64,000 nucleotides of DNA from NCBI GenBank assembly GCA_965206595.1, contig OZ242214.1, forward strand, positions 1,376,001-1,440,000, written 5' to 3'. Shown piece after piece: positions 61,682 through 64,000 of this stretch. Position 1 is the first letter of the stretch, and each line of letters begins with the position of its first letter. The stretch comes from Candidatus Latescibacterota bacterium (GTDB lineage Bacteria > Latescibacterota > UBA2968 > UBA8231). Position numbers and translations under genes: made by a program. Below the pieces are notes generated by a model, which did no database searches, was not told the origin of the DNA, and was given only the letters and a program-made list of their open reading frames with translations.

Positions 61682-63424
61682 TCATTCGTACAGCTCGACC
61701 GCCGTTTCCCCGCGGGCAAAGCGCTGCGCCGTCTGCGCGGCCGACTGGGAGCCGATGCTGCGGCGGGCGTCCGTCGCCCAGCGGGCCAGGCCGACCAGAA
61801 GCTGGCCCCGGGCCGGATGCCCTGCGCAGTGCTCCCACTCGTCGAACACGGTGCGCAGCGTGTGCAGCAGCGACCAGCCGTTGTCGTCCTTGAGAATCGT
61901 CAGGCCGAGCTCGGACAGCAGCCGGTTCCCGGAGTGACCGCTGTTGAGGTAGTCTCGGGTCATGCGGCCGATGTCGCGGATCCGGATCGACTCGACGGCC
62001 TCCAGGATAGCCTGCAGGGCCCCGTCGGCGGCGGGGTTCTCTCCCTGTTCCGGTTCGGAGCCTCGCCCCGGACGCTCGGTAAGTTTCCTGGTCGAGATGT
62101 TGAGCCAGCGGTTGTCGAAGAAGCGCCAGGCCGCGTGATAGCAGGCGCGCGCGGCAATGGCGAAACCGGCCTGTTTCTCAATTGACCTGAGGCTCGAACC
62201 CAGAGCCATTTCCCATGCCAGGTCGTGCCAGCCAGGGCTCATGCCGACCGGCGTGCGCGCCATGCGGTCGGCCGCCAGCAGCACCATGGTCGTGGCGATC
62301 CGGTCTATCGAGGCCCCCTGTCTCAAGACCTCGGAAACGGCCCCGAAGGTCGTGGCGATATCCCCGCTCACCAGGGCATCGGAAAATGCGTTCTCGTCGA
62401 AATCCCCGCCTCCGCCCTGCTTCGATGCCTCTTCGATCACTGCATCGGCGGCGGTGAACAGATCCATGGCCTCGCGCAGCACGTCCATCGGAACGGGCCG
62501 GCCGCGGCCGAGCATCTTTCCGGCGAGGTTGCAGACCAGCTCCTCGCTCAGATCCCATCCGAACTCGTCGAGCAGCTCGGCGAGATGGGTGAGGTTCCTC
62601 AGGTTGTCCTGTTGCCCCAGGAAGTGGGGCAGCACCGCGCACTCCAGCAGCAGGGGAACGATGGCGCCGTCGTGACCCCGCAGGCGGCGCGCGGTTATCA
62701 GGCACTTCTCGATCCCCTCAGGCATCTTGTCGGAAGCGAAGAAGCGAACCCATCCGGCGAGCTTCGGCCAGTCGACCGGCGGCGGCAGAGGTTCCACCTG
62801 AGGGCGGTCCCCCGCCGTTCCCGCGGCGGCCGAGGCTGCCATCATCAGGGGGATCAGGCGGTCCTCCGGCTCGTAGCGCCGCGCCACGTTCAACCCGTTG
62901 ACGAACTGGGCGACGTCGTGGCCCCCGTTCTCGTGCCGGTGGGTGGTGATGTGCCCGCCCATGTGGCGCACGATCAGCTCCAGGGTTTCCCGCTCAGACA
63001 CACCCTTGGCCAGCAGGATGGCGATCGCCTTCGACAGCGTCCAGCTGTCGCCGTTGTTGAGACCCTCCTGCAGCAGCAGGAAGTGGGCGTCGGGGCGCTT
63101 CGAGCCGCCACTGGCCACGTCGACGAAGACAGCCCCGTCCCGCACCTGCACCGGGAAGGTGTCGAGATCGTCGCAGCCCCCCGTAAAGCAGCCACCGCCC
63201 GCCATGTCGTAGCTGTACCCGTGCCAGTCGCAGGTGAGGACGCCTCCGCGGGCGATCCCCCTGGTGAGGGGGTAGCCCATGTGGGGACATTGGTTGTCGG
63301 TCGCATACAGCTCGCCGTCGTGAAGGAACAGGGCGACGCTGTGCCCATCCACCCGCACCGCTTTCGGCTTTCCCTCCTCGACCTCGGCGAGGTCGGCAAC
63401 CCTCGCGAAGCTGTCCTTCATCAT
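61682..63424 (-). CDS. Rieske [2Fe-2S] domain protein with a large helical C-terminal region
   Basis: CPHMGYPL...CDWH Rieske motif at the N-terminus. Confidence 0.85.
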   Translation of the reverse strand: MMKDSFARVADLAEVEEGKPKAVRVDGHSVALFLHDGELYATDNQCPHMGYPLTRGIARGGVLTCDWHGYSYDMAGGGCFTGGCDDLDTFPVQVRDGAVFVDVASGGSKRPDAHFLLLQEGLNNGDSWTLSKAIAILLAKGVSERETLELIVRHMGGHITTHRHENGGHDVAQFVNGLNVARRYEPEDRLIPLMMAASAAAGTAGDRPQVEPLPPPVDWPKLAGWVRFFASDKMPEGIEKCLITARRLRGHDGAIVPLLLECAVLPHFLGQQDNLRNLTHLAELLDEFGWDLSEELVCNLAGKMLGRGRPVPMDVLREAMDLFTAADAVIEEASKQGGGGDFDENAFSDALVSGDIATTFGAVSEVLRQGASIDRIATTMVLLAADRMARTPVGMSPGWHDLAWEMALGSSLRSIEKQAGFAIAARACYHAAWRFFDNRWLNISTRKLTERPGRGSEPEQGENPAADGALQAILEAVESIRIRDIGRMTRDYLNSGHSGNRLLSELGLTILKDDNGWSLLHTLRTVFDEWEHCAGHPARGQLLVGLARWATDARRSIGSQSAAQTAQRFARGETAVELYE

Positions 63425-63434
63425 GATCTCCTCT

Positions 63435-64000
63435 TCAATCGTCGAAGACGCCTACGGTGGTGCGGCCCTCGGCGAACCGCATCGCCGTGGTCGTGGCCGA
63501 TCCGCTCTCCGCGTTGGTGCGGATGTCGGTGGCGTAGCGGGCGAGGGCGACCAGCAGCTGGGGCCTCGAGGGATGTCCGCACCCGGCCGCAGGGTCACCG
63601 GAGCCGCCCGCCTCCCACTCCTCCGAGATGGTGCGCAGCGTGGGCAGCAGCTGCGGCCCTGTGTCGTTCCAGAGAATCAGTCGCCCTAGCTCATGGAGAA
63701 GCCGACTGCCGTCGAAACCGGCATGCAGATAGGCGTGGACCTGGTCGCCGACTTGGGCGACCTGCAGGGTTTCCACCGAGCCGGTGATGGCGGCGATGCC
63801 GGCCTCCTCGGTTGCCCAGGCGTGCTCCCGCGCCGGCTCCGGGGTTGCGCTCAGGGGGTGCCTTGAGATGTTGAGCCAGCGATCGTCGAACAGCTGCCAG
63901 GCGAGGTGAAACAGACCCATGACGGCGACGCGATCTCCAGCTTCGGCCTGAGCGGTTCGCAGCGACCGGGCGAGATTCAGTTCCTGGGTCAGACACCCCC
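63435..64000 (-). CDS. C-terminal part of a paralogue of the adjacent Rieske-domain protein (runs off the window)
   Basis: FDDRWLNIS, RLLHELG, HPSRPQLLVALARYATD align with FDNRWLNIS, RLLSELG, HPARGQLLVGLARWATD. Confidence 0.8.
   Translation of the reverse strand, partial: GCLTQELNLARSLRTAQAEAGDRVAVMGLFHLAWQLFDDRWLNISRHPLSATPEPAREHAWATEEAGIAAITGSVETLQVAQVGDQVHAYLHAGFDGSRLLHELGRLILWNDTGPQLLPTLRTISEEWEAGGSGDPAAGCGHPSRPQLLVALARYATDIRTNAESGSATTTAMRFAEGRTTVGVFDD

Noticed and set aside
1-64000. rRNA, tRNA, phage or anti-phage defence genes
   Set aside because: None recognised by eye; tRNAscan/Infernal and DefenseFinder were not run

Overview
GC-rich bacterial window, mostly metabolic and transport genes. 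The many PhyH-type dioxygenases, an ankyrin protein, TonB receptors and secreted proteins with FlgD/T9SS-like C-termini resemble FCB-superphylum lineages such as Latescibacterota, possibly a host-associated one (inference only). It holds aroK; a TetR-associated MFP plus two-subunit RND efflux operon with twin palindromes upstream; gmd, SDR and amidase genes; a split TonB/ABC uptake system; an acidic-repeat lipoprotein; an atypical Amt with a small partner ORF; a catabolic oxygenase/amidohydrolase cluster; and three IS elements (an IS630 inserted in an ankyrin gene, an IS91 relic, and an IS1182/IS5-like element with tandem NrdR-like boxes and a long hairpin). Several pseudogenes and a tandem pair of Rieske-type helical proteins are also present. 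The best candidate for a little-described system is at 49551-52810. There a small DUF2946/CruR-like leader ORF ends in the ribosome-arrest motif RAPP but has His/His/Cys instead of CXXC. It is followed by a spacer with alternative pairings, a His-rich lipoprotein and a TonB receptor, suggesting a metal-sensing translational attenuator. All family calls come from motif recognition by eye. No database searches were run.
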